A stretch of DNA of 64,000 bases from an uncultured Bacilli bacterium. Its GTDB lineage: Bacteria; Bacillota_I; Bacilli_A; RF39; UBA660. Each line of letters starts with the position of its first letter. Position 1 is the first letter of the stretch. This document shows positions 29,969-39,573 of the stretch, in pieces. The position numbers were made by a program, and so were the translations under genes. The notes under the pieces are model-generated. The model was given only the letters and a program-made list of their open reading frames with translations. It did no database searches and had not been told where the DNA came from. The stretch is from assembly GCA_934085675.1 (NCBI GenBank), contig CAKOHH010000004.1, positions 9,709 to 73,708 on the forward strand. Reading direction: 5' to 3'.

Positions 29969-31417
29969 ATGGTGATATCAATGCAAAATATAATTTTAAG
30001 GCAAATAGAAAAACAATTTGAAAACAATACTGATTTTGTCATTAAAAAAATCAAGATAAACTACCGAACAACTTTATACGTTTTATATTTAGAAAGTGTC
30101 ACTGGTAGTGATAAAGTTAATGATTATATTTTAAAAAACATTACTCTTTTAACAGCCTTAAAAAAGAAATCATTTAAGGATATTCAAAGTTTAATTCCGG
30201 CACCTCATACTTTAATTTTAAATAAAATAGATGAAATCGAATTTTATATAACAAATGGCTTTACTATTGTTATTAAAGGTAGTGAGATTTTAGCTTTAGA
30301 AACCAAAGCAGATATTACAAGAGGAATACCGGAGGCTAAAACAGAACAGGACGTATTTGGACCTAAAGATGCTTTTACAGAAAATATTCAAATTAATTTA
30401 GGTCTTGTTAAAAGAAGAATTAAATCTAGCACCTTGAAAGACTTAAATGTTGTCATAGGTAGAAAAACTAATACAACTTTAAATATTTTATATTTTAATG
30501 ATATTGTTAAAAAAGATAGTCTTGATAAAATTTATAAAAAACTTAAAAAGATAGATATTGATGGTATTATTGATTCAGGTGTTATTGCCGAATATTTAGA
30601 AGAAGAAAACAAGACCCATTTTCCAACAGTTATTAAAACAGAAAGACCTGATTATGTATCTAGTGCTTTAATGGCCGGAAAAATAGTTATTTTAATAGAT
30701 ACATCCCCTTTTGCCCTTATATTGCCAGCTTTTTTTGGTGATTTTATTAATCCTGTCAGTGATGATTATCGTAAAACAAATAATATTAATTTTTTAAAAG
30801 TATTACGTTTTATGTGCTTTTTTATAACAATGATGGCACCTGGTCTTTACATTGCCCTTATTAATTATAATCCTGAAACTATTCCCTCTTCTTTACTTAT
30901 TAACTTTTCGGCTCAACGAAATAATGTACCTTTTCCTACTTTGGTAGAAGCTATTTTAATGCTTTTTATTTATGAAATCTTAAGAGAAAGTGATCTTCGT
31001 TTTCCTAACACTTACGGAAGTGCTATTTCCATACTTGGGGCTTTAATACTTGGTGAAGCAGCCGTATCAGCCGGTTTTGTTAGTCCAATTATGATTATCG
31101 TCATTGCCTTTACCTTTATTACAAGTTTAATATTTACGGAAACAGAACTTGTTGATGCCGCGCGTTATTTTAGAATTATTTTTCTTTTTGCCGCGGCCTT
31201 GTATGGCCTTTATGGCATCGTTTTAGCTTTTATCTATTTTCTCATTCATGTTATTGAAATTAAAACATTAGATGAACCTTATTTTTATCCTCTAGCCCCT
31301 TTTGATTTCAAATATTTAATGCAAGGTCTTCTTAAAAACAATTTTTCTAAAAACACGGAAAGAAGCCCTTTACTTACCGAACAAAACTTTACGAAACAAA
31401 GGAGGATTGACAAATGA
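29969..31417 (+). CDS. gerAA: spore germination protein, GerA family A subunit
   Basis: 482 aa; ITRGIPEAKTEQDVFGPKDAFTENIQINLGLVKRRI matches the GerA-family A-subunit signature; C-terminal TM cluster. Confidence 0.75.
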   Translation: MVISMQNIILRQIEKQFENNTDFVIKKIKINYRTTLYVLYLESVTGSDKVNDYILKNITLLTALKKKSFKDIQSLIPAPHTLILNKIDEIEFYITNGFTIVIKGSEILALETKADITRGIPEAKTEQDVFGPKDAFTENIQINLGLVKRRIKSSTLKDLNVVIGRKTNTTLNILYFNDIVKKDSLDKIYKKLKKIDIDGIIDSGVIAEYLEEENKTHFPTVIKTERPDYVSSALMAGKIVILIDTSPFALILPAFFGDFINPVSDDYRKTNNINFLKVLRFMCFFITMMAPGLYIALINYNPETIPSSLLINFSAQRNNVPFPTLVEAILMLFIYEILRESDLRFPNTYGSAISILGALILGEAAVSAGFVSPIMIIVIAFTFITSLIFTETELVDAARYFRIIFLFAAALYGLYGIVLAFIYFLIHVIEIKTLDEPYFYPLAPFDFKYLMQGLLKNNFSKNTERSPLLTEQNFTKQRRIDK

Positions 31418-32490
31418 AAAAATTGCTTTTTATTCTTCTTATTCCTCTTTTTTTAGGAGGTTGTTATGACTATCAAGAATTAAATGATTTAGCCATTATT
31501 TCAGGGATTGCCATTGATTATGAAGATGATTATGAGGTTACTTTTGAAGTTTTGGAATGTCAAAAAGAAAGCGATGAAAAAGCATCTTATGTAAAAGCAA
31601 CTGGTAAAACAATTTCTGAAGCCTTCGCCAATGCTGATTTAAAAATTCATAAAGAAGGCTATTTTGCCCATGTTAAAGTGATTTTATTTAGTGAAGAAAT
31701 CGCTAAAAACTATATGCAAGATGTGACTGACTACATTTTAAGGGAACCTAATATTCGCAAAATTTTTTACCCTCTTATCGTTTTAGACGGAAAAGCATCT
31801 TCAATACTTGAAAATAATAATGAAGCATCTCCAGTGACATCTGTGGCTCTAGAAAAAGCCCTTACTAATAATCGTTCTACTCCCAAAATAGCAATTACCA
31901 TGGATTTTGAAACTTTGATGAATAACTTTGTTGACTCTAAAAAAGATGCTTATTTAAATACAATAAAAAAAGATGAAACAACAACTTTTGCTCTTTCCGG
32001 AATGGCCTTATTTAAGGGTTATCAAATGGTTGGACAATTAAATGAACAAGAAACTTCTTTATTTAATTTGCTTAAAAATACAAGTGATAATACGTTTATT
32101 AAAATGGCCTGTCCTTTTAAAGAAGATAAAACTATTGCCATTGATTTATATCATAATCGCGATACAGATATAAAAGTAAAAGAAGATAATATTGTTATTG
32201 ATTCTTCTTTAAAAGGAAGTATTGTTGAAGATAATTGTGAAATAGATTTTCGTACTTCTTCTAGTTATGAAGAGTTGAGCCATTCTTTTAGTGAAGAAAT
32301 CAAAAAGGAAATAGATCATTTAATTAAAAAAATTCAAAACCTCCAAAGTGATGTGTTAGAATTTCAAAATATTTATTATCAAAAAGAAAGGAAAGAATTA
32401 ACAAATTGGTATTTAAAAGATACGTTAGTTAATATCAATTTAGATATCAATAAAAATGGGTTAATTTTTGAGGTGAATCCAAATGAATGA
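31414..32490 (+). CDS. gerAC: spore germination lipoprotein, GerAC family
   Basis: 358 aa with a lipobox (LFLGGC), translationally coupled to gerAA; unusually C precedes B in this operon. Confidence 0.6.
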   Translation: MKKLLFILLIPLFLGGCYDYQELNDLAIISGIAIDYEDDYEVTFEVLECQKESDEKASYVKATGKTISEAFANADLKIHKEGYFAHVKVILFSEEIAKNYMQDVTDYILREPNIRKIFYPLIVLDGKASSILENNNEASPVTSVALEKALTNNRSTPKIAITMDFETLMNNFVDSKKDAYLNTIKKDETTTFALSGMALFKGYQMVGQLNEQETSLFNLLKNTSDNTFIKMACPFKEDKTIAIDLYHNRDTDIKVKEDNIVIDSSLKGSIVEDNCEIDFRTSSSYEELSHSFSEEIKKEIDHLIKKIQNLQSDVLEFQNIYYQKERKELTNWYLKDTLVNINLDINKNGLIFEVNPNE

Positions 32491-33496
32491 ACGTAAAATA
32501 TTTGTTTTATCTTACTTTTTAGGGCGGGTTTTTTTCTTAGGTTTTGGCTTTTCTTATCTTTTAAAACTAACTGGTAAAGATACTTATATATGCGCTATTT
32601 TAGGAACTATTTTCGGTGCTGGTATTATCTATCTTTATGGGAAACTCAAAGAAAAGATTAATCTTATTCCTCTAAAAAAAGATAATAGTCTTTGGAAATA
32701 TATACTTTTAGTTATCTTTTTTCTTTTTAATATTTTAATTTATACTCAAATAGCCTTTATTTTCCAAACGTTTGCTGATTCTTTTTTCCTACTTAAATCG
32801 CCTATATATTTTATTTCATTTCCCATTCCTTTTTTGGTCTTTCGAGCTTGTAAAAAAGGGTTAACTACGATTGCTAAAGTTGGCGAAATTTTAATGCCTA
32901 TTTCTTTCATTTTATTTATTTTTGCAGGTCTTGGTTTAATAAAGTACTTTAAAATAGAATCTTTTTTACCTGTTTTAACAACGAATACTCCTTCTTTACT
33001 TAAAGGTACTTTGTATTATACTTGTTATAGTACAGCCCCTTTTTTACTTTTACTTAATATGGAAGCAAAAAAAAACAAATACGTTTTAAAATATTTGTTT
33101 TCATCTTTAACAGTCATTATGATGTCTCTTTTTATCATCGGCGTTTTAGGGCCAAATCTTATTAAAATTTATCGTTATCCTGAATATATGACTTTAAAGA
33201 AAATTAAACTGTTTAATTTTATTGAAAAAGTAGAAAATATTATTTCAGTTACGTGGTTGTTTGATTTATTTATGACGTTATCTATTGCTGGCAATAATTT
33301 AAAGGAATGCTTACCAAAAAAAGGTTTAAAAATTACTTTCCCTATTTTACTTTTTCTTCTTTATCTTGTTACATTACTTTGTGGCATTTATTATCCCAAA
33401 GAATTAGTTTTATATGAGATTTTACCAATACTATTAGGTATATTTGAACTGGTTAGCTTAATACTATTATTCATTTATAGTAAAGAGAAAAACTAA
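32483..33496 (+). CDS. gerAB: spore germination protein, GerAB family (APC-like permease)
   Basis: 337 aa polytopic membrane protein overlapping the gerAC stop. Confidence 0.6.
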   Translation: MNERKIFVLSYFLGRVFFLGFGFSYLLKLTGKDTYICAILGTIFGAGIIYLYGKLKEKINLIPLKKDNSLWKYILLVIFFLFNILIYTQIAFIFQTFADSFFLLKSPIYFISFPIPFLVFRACKKGLTTIAKVGEILMPISFILFIFAGLGLIKYFKIESFLPVLTTNTPSLLKGTLYYTCYSTAPFLLLLNMEAKKNKYVLKYLFSSLTVIMMSLFIIGVLGPNLIKIYRYPEYMTLKKIKLFNFIEKVENIISVTWLFDLFMTLSIAGNNLKECLPKKGLKITFPILLFLLYLVTLLCGIYYPKELVLYEILPILLGIFELVSLILLFIYSKEKN

Positions 33497-33504
33497 AGTA
33501 TTCA

Positions 33505-34056
33505 TTAAGTCGGTATTTTGTAATGGGAAAAATAATAAAAGCAATCTTTTTGTTCACATGTTGTACCATCTTTTTTGTGCTTATACTCCACCACAAAATA
33601 AAAAATATTATTCTCATCATCATCTAAAGTATTTAAATAACTCATTAAATTCTTGTCGGAACAAATTGTCGTATATTTTCCCTTTGGACAAGTTATTATC
33701 TCAGAAACTTTAGAAGGAATTAAGTAAATGGCTTCAACATGAAGTTCAGACCACATATTTCCAAAAAATTTCCCTTCCTTTTGATAATCTGGAAAAAGAT
33801 TGGCTTGACTACGATAAATGATTTCATAGTTACTTTTTCCTTCCTTTAAATTATCTACTAAATCACTTAATTTAAAACTTTCTAAGTAACGATATAAATA
33901 ATACGTCTCATAAATTTTGGGAGGATCATCATATCTTAATCTTCTTGTTTCTCTATTATTTGTCGCAACAAATAATGTATATAAAACCATTAAAGAAGTA
34001 ATTAAAAAGCCTGTTACAACAATGGTTTCAATAAAGACAAAACCGTTTTTTTTCAT
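33505..34056 (-). CDS. prepilin-type N-terminal domain protein (minor pseudopilin)
   Basis: 183 aa; N-terminal KKNGFVFIETIVVTGFLI is a class III signal (G/F..E) followed by a hydrophobic helix. Confidence 0.5.
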   Translation of the reverse strand: MKKNGFVFIETIVVTGFLITSLMVLYTLFVATNNRETRRLRYDDPPKIYETYYLYRYLESFKLSDLVDNLKEGKSNYEIIYRSQANLFPDYQKEGKFFGNMWSELHVEAIYLIPSKVSEIITCPKGKYTTICSDKNLMSYLNTLDDDENNIFYFVVEYKHKKDGTTCEQKDCFYYFSHYKIPT

Positions 34057-34067
34057 GACTTACCTCC

Positions 34068-34676
34068 TTATTTTTTAACTAAAAAGAAAAATTCTAAATC
34101 ATCAATGGCATTATCACTAGCCCCGGTTGAAACCGGAATGATAATATGATAATATTTAAAATCAGGTTCAACAGCATAATCTTCATTTTTAGGACATGAA
34201 TTATCAACACAGTTAAAATCAGGTTTGCCATCGCCATTAATATCAACTGGTTCATAAATTTTACTTTCGGCAGAAAAATTAATTTTTATATTAGCAAGAT
34301 CAAACACTTCTTCATCATTATCTTTACTTAAAGAAAAGCTTTCTTTTTCCCCTGCGGCATTTTTATAAGTTATTTTTTTACTTTCAACTTCCAGGTTCAC
34401 TTTGCCGTAAGTACCGTCTCCTGTTTGAAAATTTAAAGTTATTTTATTTGCATCTACATTTACTTGACTAACATCCGTAATGTTATTATTTAAAATATCT
34501 TCTTCGACATCTTTAATAATTGTTGCCCTACTAACTAGAAAATCTTTTGCGTAAGATGTATGTTTAGATTCATATTGAATATCATTTAAAAGACTAAATA
34601 AAAATAACATGACGACTGAAATAAGGGCAATGCTGATAACAATTTCCAAAAGTGTCATGCCCTTTTTATTTAACAT
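34068..34676 (-). CDS. prepilin-type N-terminal cleavage/methylation domain protein (pseudopilin)
   Basis: 202 aa; N-terminal NKKGMTLLEIVISIALISVV is a prepilin motif. Confidence 0.55.
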   Translation of the reverse strand: MLNKKGMTLLEIVISIALISVVMLFLFSLLNDIQYESKHTSYAKDFLVSRATIIKDVEEDILNNNITDVSQVNVDANKITLNFQTGDGTYGKVNLEVESKKITYKNAAGEKESFSLSKDNDEEVFDLANIKINFSAESKIYEPVDINGDGKPDFNCVDNSCPKNEDYAVEPDFKYYHIIIPVSTGASDNAIDDLEFFFLVKK

Positions 34677-34679
34677 TAT

Positions 34680-35384
34680 TTAGACACCTCCTAAAAACTC
34701 AATTAAAACAGGTGATAAAATAACGAGTAAGATAATAGGAATGAAAAACAATACGGAAATGATACTTATTTTAGTTGGAAGTTTACCAATACGTCCTTTG
34801 ATTTCCAAAATTCTTTTATCTCTTAAAAAATCAAGTTGGTTATTTAAAGATTCTTCAATACTATTACCAAAGACACTAGCTTGAACAATATTTAAAATGG
34901 CATTATTAATCGCATCACTTGGTATTCTTTCTTTCATGCTGGTCATAGCTTCGGGAAAACTTTTACCTAGACGCATTTCACTTAAAGACTTTTGAAATTC
35001 TTTGGATAACTCACTATCAACATTCTTACTTGTAATAGTTAAAGAAGATGTTAAGTTACGACCACTTTCGAGGGTTAAGGCAAGAACTTCGAAAAAGAAA
35101 ATAGCTTCTTCTTCTAGTTTTTCTTCTCTTTTTTTTATAGGTAAATCGAGAATAAAATATTCACTTAAAAAATGGAAAAGAACGACTGAGATTGGGGCTA
35201 CAAAAAAGCCATTTTTAAAGAAAATTAAGATAACCACAAATAAAATAAGGCTTAACATTAAACGTGTATTTAATAAATCAATGGGGTCATATTTACAATT
35301 AATACCTAAAAGTTTCACCTTTTTGGTTATTTTTTTGATGGTACTATCTAAGTATATTTTTTTAACAATACTATTTTTTTTCAT
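34680..35384 (-). CDS. tadC: Tad pilus inner-membrane platform protein TadC-like (T2SSF domain)
   Basis: 234 aa membrane protein positioned next to TadB/TadA; its TM-cytoplasmic-TM topology is typical of this family. Confidence 0.5.
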   Translation of the reverse strand: MKKNSIVKKIYLDSTIKKITKKVKLLGINCKYDPIDLLNTRLMLSLILFVVILIFFKNGFFVAPISVVLFHFLSEYFILDLPIKKREEKLEEEAIFFFEVLALTLESGRNLTSSLTITSKNVDSELSKEFQKSLSEMRLGKSFPEAMTSMKERIPSDAINNAILNIVQASVFGNSIEESLNNQLDFLRDKRILEIKGRIGKLPTKISIISVLFFIPIILLVILSPVLIEFLGGV

Positions 35385-36388
35385 TACATCTTCACCTCCA
35401 TGACACGTTTGATAATAAAGATATATAAACTATAAAATAAAACGGTGACGAAAAGTAAAATACGTCCTAAAGTAGTTTCAAACATTGGGGTAAAATAAGT
35501 CGGATTTAAAATGTAAATAGCTAAAATAAACAAAAAGGGCATAACACAAAGCGTACGATAAACAAAGATAGAAGCACTCGTTAAACTTTGCATTTCTTGT
35601 TTAAGTTTCTTTTTACTAAAGAAAGATTTTTCAATTGTTCCAAAGACTTTGACAATATTACCACCGGTTTTATTTAAAAGTGTTAAAGAACTAGCAATAT
35701 ATTTGGCGTCATCTAATTTGACACGATTATAAAAACGGTCAAAGACTACTTCAATAGATAAGCCATAAGTCATATCCATATATATCTTTTTAAATTCATC
35801 ACTAATAGGGCCTTCTAACTCATCTCTTACAATTACGACAGCCTGCATTATATTGCGTCCTGATTTAAAACTGTTATTCATAATAATGATTGCTTTTAAT
35901 AAATCTTCTTCTATTTTCTTTCTTTTCTTTTGAAAACCAATGTAAAGGAAAACGTCAGGAATATAAAAGCCTAAGATAAATACTAAAAACATAAAAGGTA
36001 ATGATAACGAAGTAAGTTGAAACATAGATGAAACAAAACTTAAAATAACGAGTAAGATTCCGGTAAAAAACTTCACCGTCATATAATCCATAGAAGAGAC
36101 TTTATCTTTATTTTCATATTTAATAAATTTGTCATAACGAAGGCTATGTTTTTTTAAAACCTCCGAATGACTTAAAAGATTGGTTACTTTTTTCATTACT
36201 TTATAAAGAAAATTCATAATATAATCAAAAATACTTTTTTCTTCATCGACAACACTTTTTAAGGTAAAAGCATCAAATCTTTTTTGGAGTTTAATAGCTC
36301 TTTTTTGGTGTAATAAATAAATGATGAGTAAAAGTAAAATAATAATCATAATTCCTTGGGTAATAACAATTTGTAATGAGTACTCCAT
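35384..36388 (-). CDS. tadB: Tad pilus inner-membrane platform protein TadB-like (T2SSF domain)
   Basis: 334 aa membrane protein downstream of the secretion ATPase, with a T2SSF-like topology. Confidence 0.5.
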   Translation of the reverse strand: MEYSLQIVITQGIMIIILLLLIIYLLHQKRAIKLQKRFDAFTLKSVVDEEKSIFDYIMNFLYKVMKKVTNLLSHSEVLKKHSLRYDKFIKYENKDKVSSMDYMTVKFFTGILLVILSFVSSMFQLTSLSLPFMFLVFILGFYIPDVFLYIGFQKKRKKIEEDLLKAIIIMNNSFKSGRNIMQAVVIVRDELEGPISDEFKKIYMDMTYGLSIEVVFDRFYNRVKLDDAKYIASSLTLLNKTGGNIVKVFGTIEKSFFSKKKLKQEMQSLTSASIFVYRTLCVMPFLFILAIYILNPTYFTPMFETTLGRILLFVTVLFYSLYIFIIKRVMEVKM

Positions 36389-36403
36389 AACATACCTCCT
36401 TTC

Positions 36404-37738
36404 CTATTTTATATGAAACATTTCATCAATTTCGGTAATACCTCTTGAAGCAATTTTTTTATAAACTTTTGGCACTTCTTTATCATAAAGAATATATTCG
36501 CCATCTACTTCCCCATTGTCAGTTAAGCCTTTTTGATGGAAAGCAAAGATTTCTTTTAAGTTAATATCGCCATCATGAAAACTTTCTAGTTCACATATAG
36601 ACGTTACTTTTCTTTTACCATCGTTCATTCTTTCAATATTAACAACAAGGTCTATGGCACTGACAATATACTCTCTGATAGCTTTAATAGGAATATCAAG
36701 TCCACTCATTAAAACCATGGTTTCTAAACGGTTTAAAGCATCTTTAGCCCCATTTGCGTGAAGCGTTGTTAAAGAACCTTCATGTCCTGTATTCATGGCT
36801 TGAAGCATATCAAAAGCTTCTTTACCACGAACTTCCCCAACAATGATACGATCAGGTCGCATACGAAGAGCATTGATAACTAAGTCACGAATGGTAATTT
36901 CCCCTTCATTATCATAGTTAGTCACTCTTGTTTCCAAAGAAATAACGTGTTCTTTTTCCAGTTTTAACTCGGCGGCATCTTCAATAGTAATAATACGTTC
37001 ATTATCTGGAATAAAACTACTTAAAATATTTAAAAGAGTTGTTTTACCTGAACCCGTTCCACCACAAATAATGATATTACATTTTCCTTTGACGGCAGCT
37101 TCTAAAAATGTGGCCATATAAGGTGTCATAGAACCGATTCTTATCATGTCATCGGCACTTGTCATTTCTTTTTTAAATTTACGAATGGTAATAACAGGTC
37201 CTTTCGTAGATAAAGGCGGAATAACAGCATTAATACGAGAACCATCTTTAAGTCTTGAGTCAACCATTGGGTTTGTCGCATCAATGGTTCTACCCATAGG
37301 TCCTATCATTCTTTCAATGGTTCTTATAATATGTTCATCATTAATAAATGAGACACTTTCATCTTTAATAAGTTGCCCATCAATTTCAATATAAATTTCT
37401 TTAGGGCTATTGACCATTATCTCAGTAATATTTTTATCTTCTAAAAGTTCCGTTAAAGGACCATAGCCATTAATTTCATTATCAATTAAATTATATAAAT
37501 GACTTCTTTCTAAGTTTGTTAAATCGTATCCTTCAATAGATTTATCAATTTCATCATTAATAAATTGTTGTAAAAGCTTATCTTCCGGTATTTCTTGATC
37601 AATTAAATTTTCAACAATTTTAACTCTTAATTCATCTAATAATTTTTTATCAGGAAAGACTTCATAATCACTGACATCATTAAACTTTGGTTTTTTTCTT
37701 TCAATATTAAAAGCTTCAATTAAACTAGTTTTGCTCAT
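36404..37738 (-). CDS. tadA: Tad pilus secretion ATPase TadA/CpaF (type II/IV secretion NTPase)
   Basis: 444 aa with Walker A ([12 protein letters not shown]), Asp and His boxes (GEVRG, TGHEGS) typical of the CpaF/VirB11 family. Confidence 0.85.
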   Translation of the reverse strand: MSKTSLIEAFNIERKKPKFNDVSDYEVFPDKKLLDELRVKIVENLIDQEIPEDKLLQQFINDEIDKSIEGYDLTNLERSHLYNLIDNEINGYGPLTELLEDKNITEIMVNSPKEIYIEIDGQLIKDESVSFINDEHIIRTIERMIGPMGRTIDATNPMVDSRLKDGSRINAVIPPLSTKGPVITIRKFKKEMTSADDMIRIGSMTPYMATFLEAAVKGKCNIIICGGTGSGKTTLLNILSSFIPDNERIITIEDAAELKLEKEHVISLETRVTNYDNEGEITIRDLVINALRMRPDRIIVGEVRGKEAFDMLQAMNTGHEGSLTTLHANGAKDALNRLETMVLMSGLDIPIKAIREYIVSAIDLVVNIERMNDGKRKVTSICELESFHDGDINLKEIFAFHQKGLTDNGEVDGEYILYDKEVPKVYKKIASRGITEIDEMFHIK

Positions 37739-38507
37739 TATTATCCCCTCCTAAAAAACTGACTGCCAAATTCATCATAGTCGTATAATCCTTATTAAAA
37801 ATATTAGGTGCTTTTGGCTGTAGCATTGGAATTTCTCCATTCATAACATAGGAATCCATATTTTTTAAAAAGAACTCGGAGGAAATTTCATAGTCAATAT
37901 TATTTTTAATAATGGTTTTCATATCATAAAGAGTAAAATATTTTTTAAAAGGGTCACGGCTATTATTTAGTAAAATTTTGTAATTGGTTTTATCTAAGTC
38001 TTTAAAAATAGAAAGTAGACTCTTCATATTTTTTAAATCCATGGGATCATTTTCTATGACAAATAAAATATTATCAGCGGCATCTAAAACAACTAAATTT
38101 AATTCATTCAAATTATGATTAGTATCAATTAAAACCATGTCATAATGGAACATTGCTTTATCTAAAAGAATTTCAATATATTTAGAATCTATCTTAGAAG
38201 CTTGTCTTGGATCTTTAGGACTTGGCATAATATCAATATTTTCATTATATTTCACAACATAGTCATTAAAATCTTTAAAACGGTTATTGTTGTAATCATC
38301 TACGAAATTATAAATGGTTTTATCAAAGACTTTATTAGTAGCAAGAGCAATACCACCACTAGATAAATCCAAATCAACAATTAAAACATGTTTATTTATT
38401 TGTGAATAAATCGCGGCAAGATTGAGTGTTAAAATAGTTTTTCCAACACCACCTTTACCTGAAAACAAACATAAACTTTTTCCTATTTTCTTTTTCATAT
38501 TCCCCAT
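37725..38507 (-). CDS. TadZ/CpaE-like ParA/MinD-family ATPase
   Basis: 260 aa with the deviant Walker A motif GKGGVGKT; overlaps the tadA start. Confidence 0.6.
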   Translation of the reverse strand: MGNMKKKIGKSLCLFSGKGGVGKTILTLNLAAIYSQINKHVLIVDLDLSSGGIALATNKVFDKTIYNFVDDYNNNRFKDFNDYVVKYNENIDIMPSPKDPRQASKIDSKYIEILLDKAMFHYDMVLIDTNHNLNELNLVVLDAADNILFVIENDPMDLKNMKSLLSIFKDLDKTNYKILLNNSRDPFKKYFTLYDMKTIIKNNIDYEISSEFFLKNMDSYVMNGEIPMLQPKAPNIFNKDYTTMMNLAVSFLGGDNNEQN

Positions 38508-38508
38508 C

Positions 38509-38877
38509 CTATTCTTCTGTAATTTTAATTTTTCCGTTCTCTTTAATTCCTTTACGTTTTACTTTCACATCATACTTTTGTAATCCGACAATTTTGCCAA
38601 ATAAAGAACTCATTTCGTATTCTACATTAACACCTACTTCATTATCGGTTCTTTTAATAACAAGTTTATCTGTGGAAATATCGTTTTCTTCTAATGTTTT
38701 AGATATGACTGTAACATCATCTTTATTAAAATATTCTTTGATAGCTACATCTACTATGTTTTTAGTCTTTAAAACTTTATTTTCTAGCATTCCAACATCC
38801 ACAACAAGAGCCATCATGGTAATGATAATTGGCACCAAAATAACAAAGATAATAAGTGTTTGACCTTTATTATTCAT
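38509..38877 (-). CDS. TadG-like pilus assembly protein (Tad pseudopilin)
   Basis: 122 aa; N-terminal NKGQTLIIFVILVPIIITMMALVVDVG matches the TadG-like N-terminal motif. Confidence 0.5.
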   Translation of the reverse strand: MNNKGQTLIIFVILVPIIITMMALVVDVGMLENKVLKTKNIVDVAIKEYFNKDDVTVISKTLEENDISTDKLVIKRTDNEVGVNVEYEMSSLFGKIVGLQKYDVKVKRKGIKENGKIKITEE

Positions 38878-39220
38878 AGCTTATTACCTCACTTACGGTG
38901 ACATCATAAGGATTTTTGAAGATTAATGATAGACCTGGTGTAACGATGTTGACTTCTTTTTTTAAAGTGAAAGTAACATTTTTATTTTCTTCGTTTTTGA
39001 TTTCTAGTTTAATAGTATTATCATCTCCTGATAATGTCGTTAAAATTTCATCATAACTTTTTTGATTTCGATATAGGTCTAATACATTAGACATTTTATT
39101 TTCTAAACGATTTTGAATAAATATAATTTTGCCGACATCAATAATAGCTAATAACATAAAAATAAAAATTGGTAAAATAATGACAAACTCAACAAGGGCT
39201 TGACCTTTTTTATTTCTCAT
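38870..39220 (-). CDS. TadE-like protein
   Basis: 116 aa; N-terminal KKGQALVEFVIILPIFIFMLLAIIDVG fits the TadE family signature. Confidence 0.6.
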   Translation of the reverse strand: MRNKKGQALVEFVIILPIFIFMLLAIIDVGKIIFIQNRLENKMSNVLDLYRNQKSYDEILTTLSGDDNTIKLEIKNEENKNVTFTLKKEVNIVTPGLSLIFKNPYDVTVSEVISYE

Positions 39221-39447
39221 TTTTGGCCTTCTTTTTCTTGTTTGATTTTATATTCTTCTTCGGTTAAACATTCAGCGCTACCAGGTTTTTCCCCTTCAAC
39301 ATAAACATTGCCAACTAATTCACACGATGTTTTAACAATCGTATCTTTTAAATACCCACCAAAATAAGAAACAATACTTACTGTAATCACACTAATAATG
39401 GCCACGATTAAAACATACTCCACAAGAGCTTGTCCTTTAGAATCCAT
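39217..39447 (-). CDS. flp: Flp/Fap family type IVb pilin
   Basis: 76 aa with the G/XXXXEY processing motif (KGQALVEYVLIVAII) followed by a hydrophobic stretch. Confidence 0.6.
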   Translation of the reverse strand: MDSKGQALVEYVLIVAIISVITVSIVSYFGGYLKDTIVKTSCELVGNVYVEGEKPGSAECLTEEEYKIKQEKEGQK

Positions 39448-39573
39448 ACTATCACTCCCTCTAGTATAGAATTATTATATCAAATATTTTTTTTAATAAC
39501 AATAACGGATAAAGTTGATTTTTTAACAAAAATTATGCCAAATAAAAAAAGAAGATTAACTTATCTTCCTATT

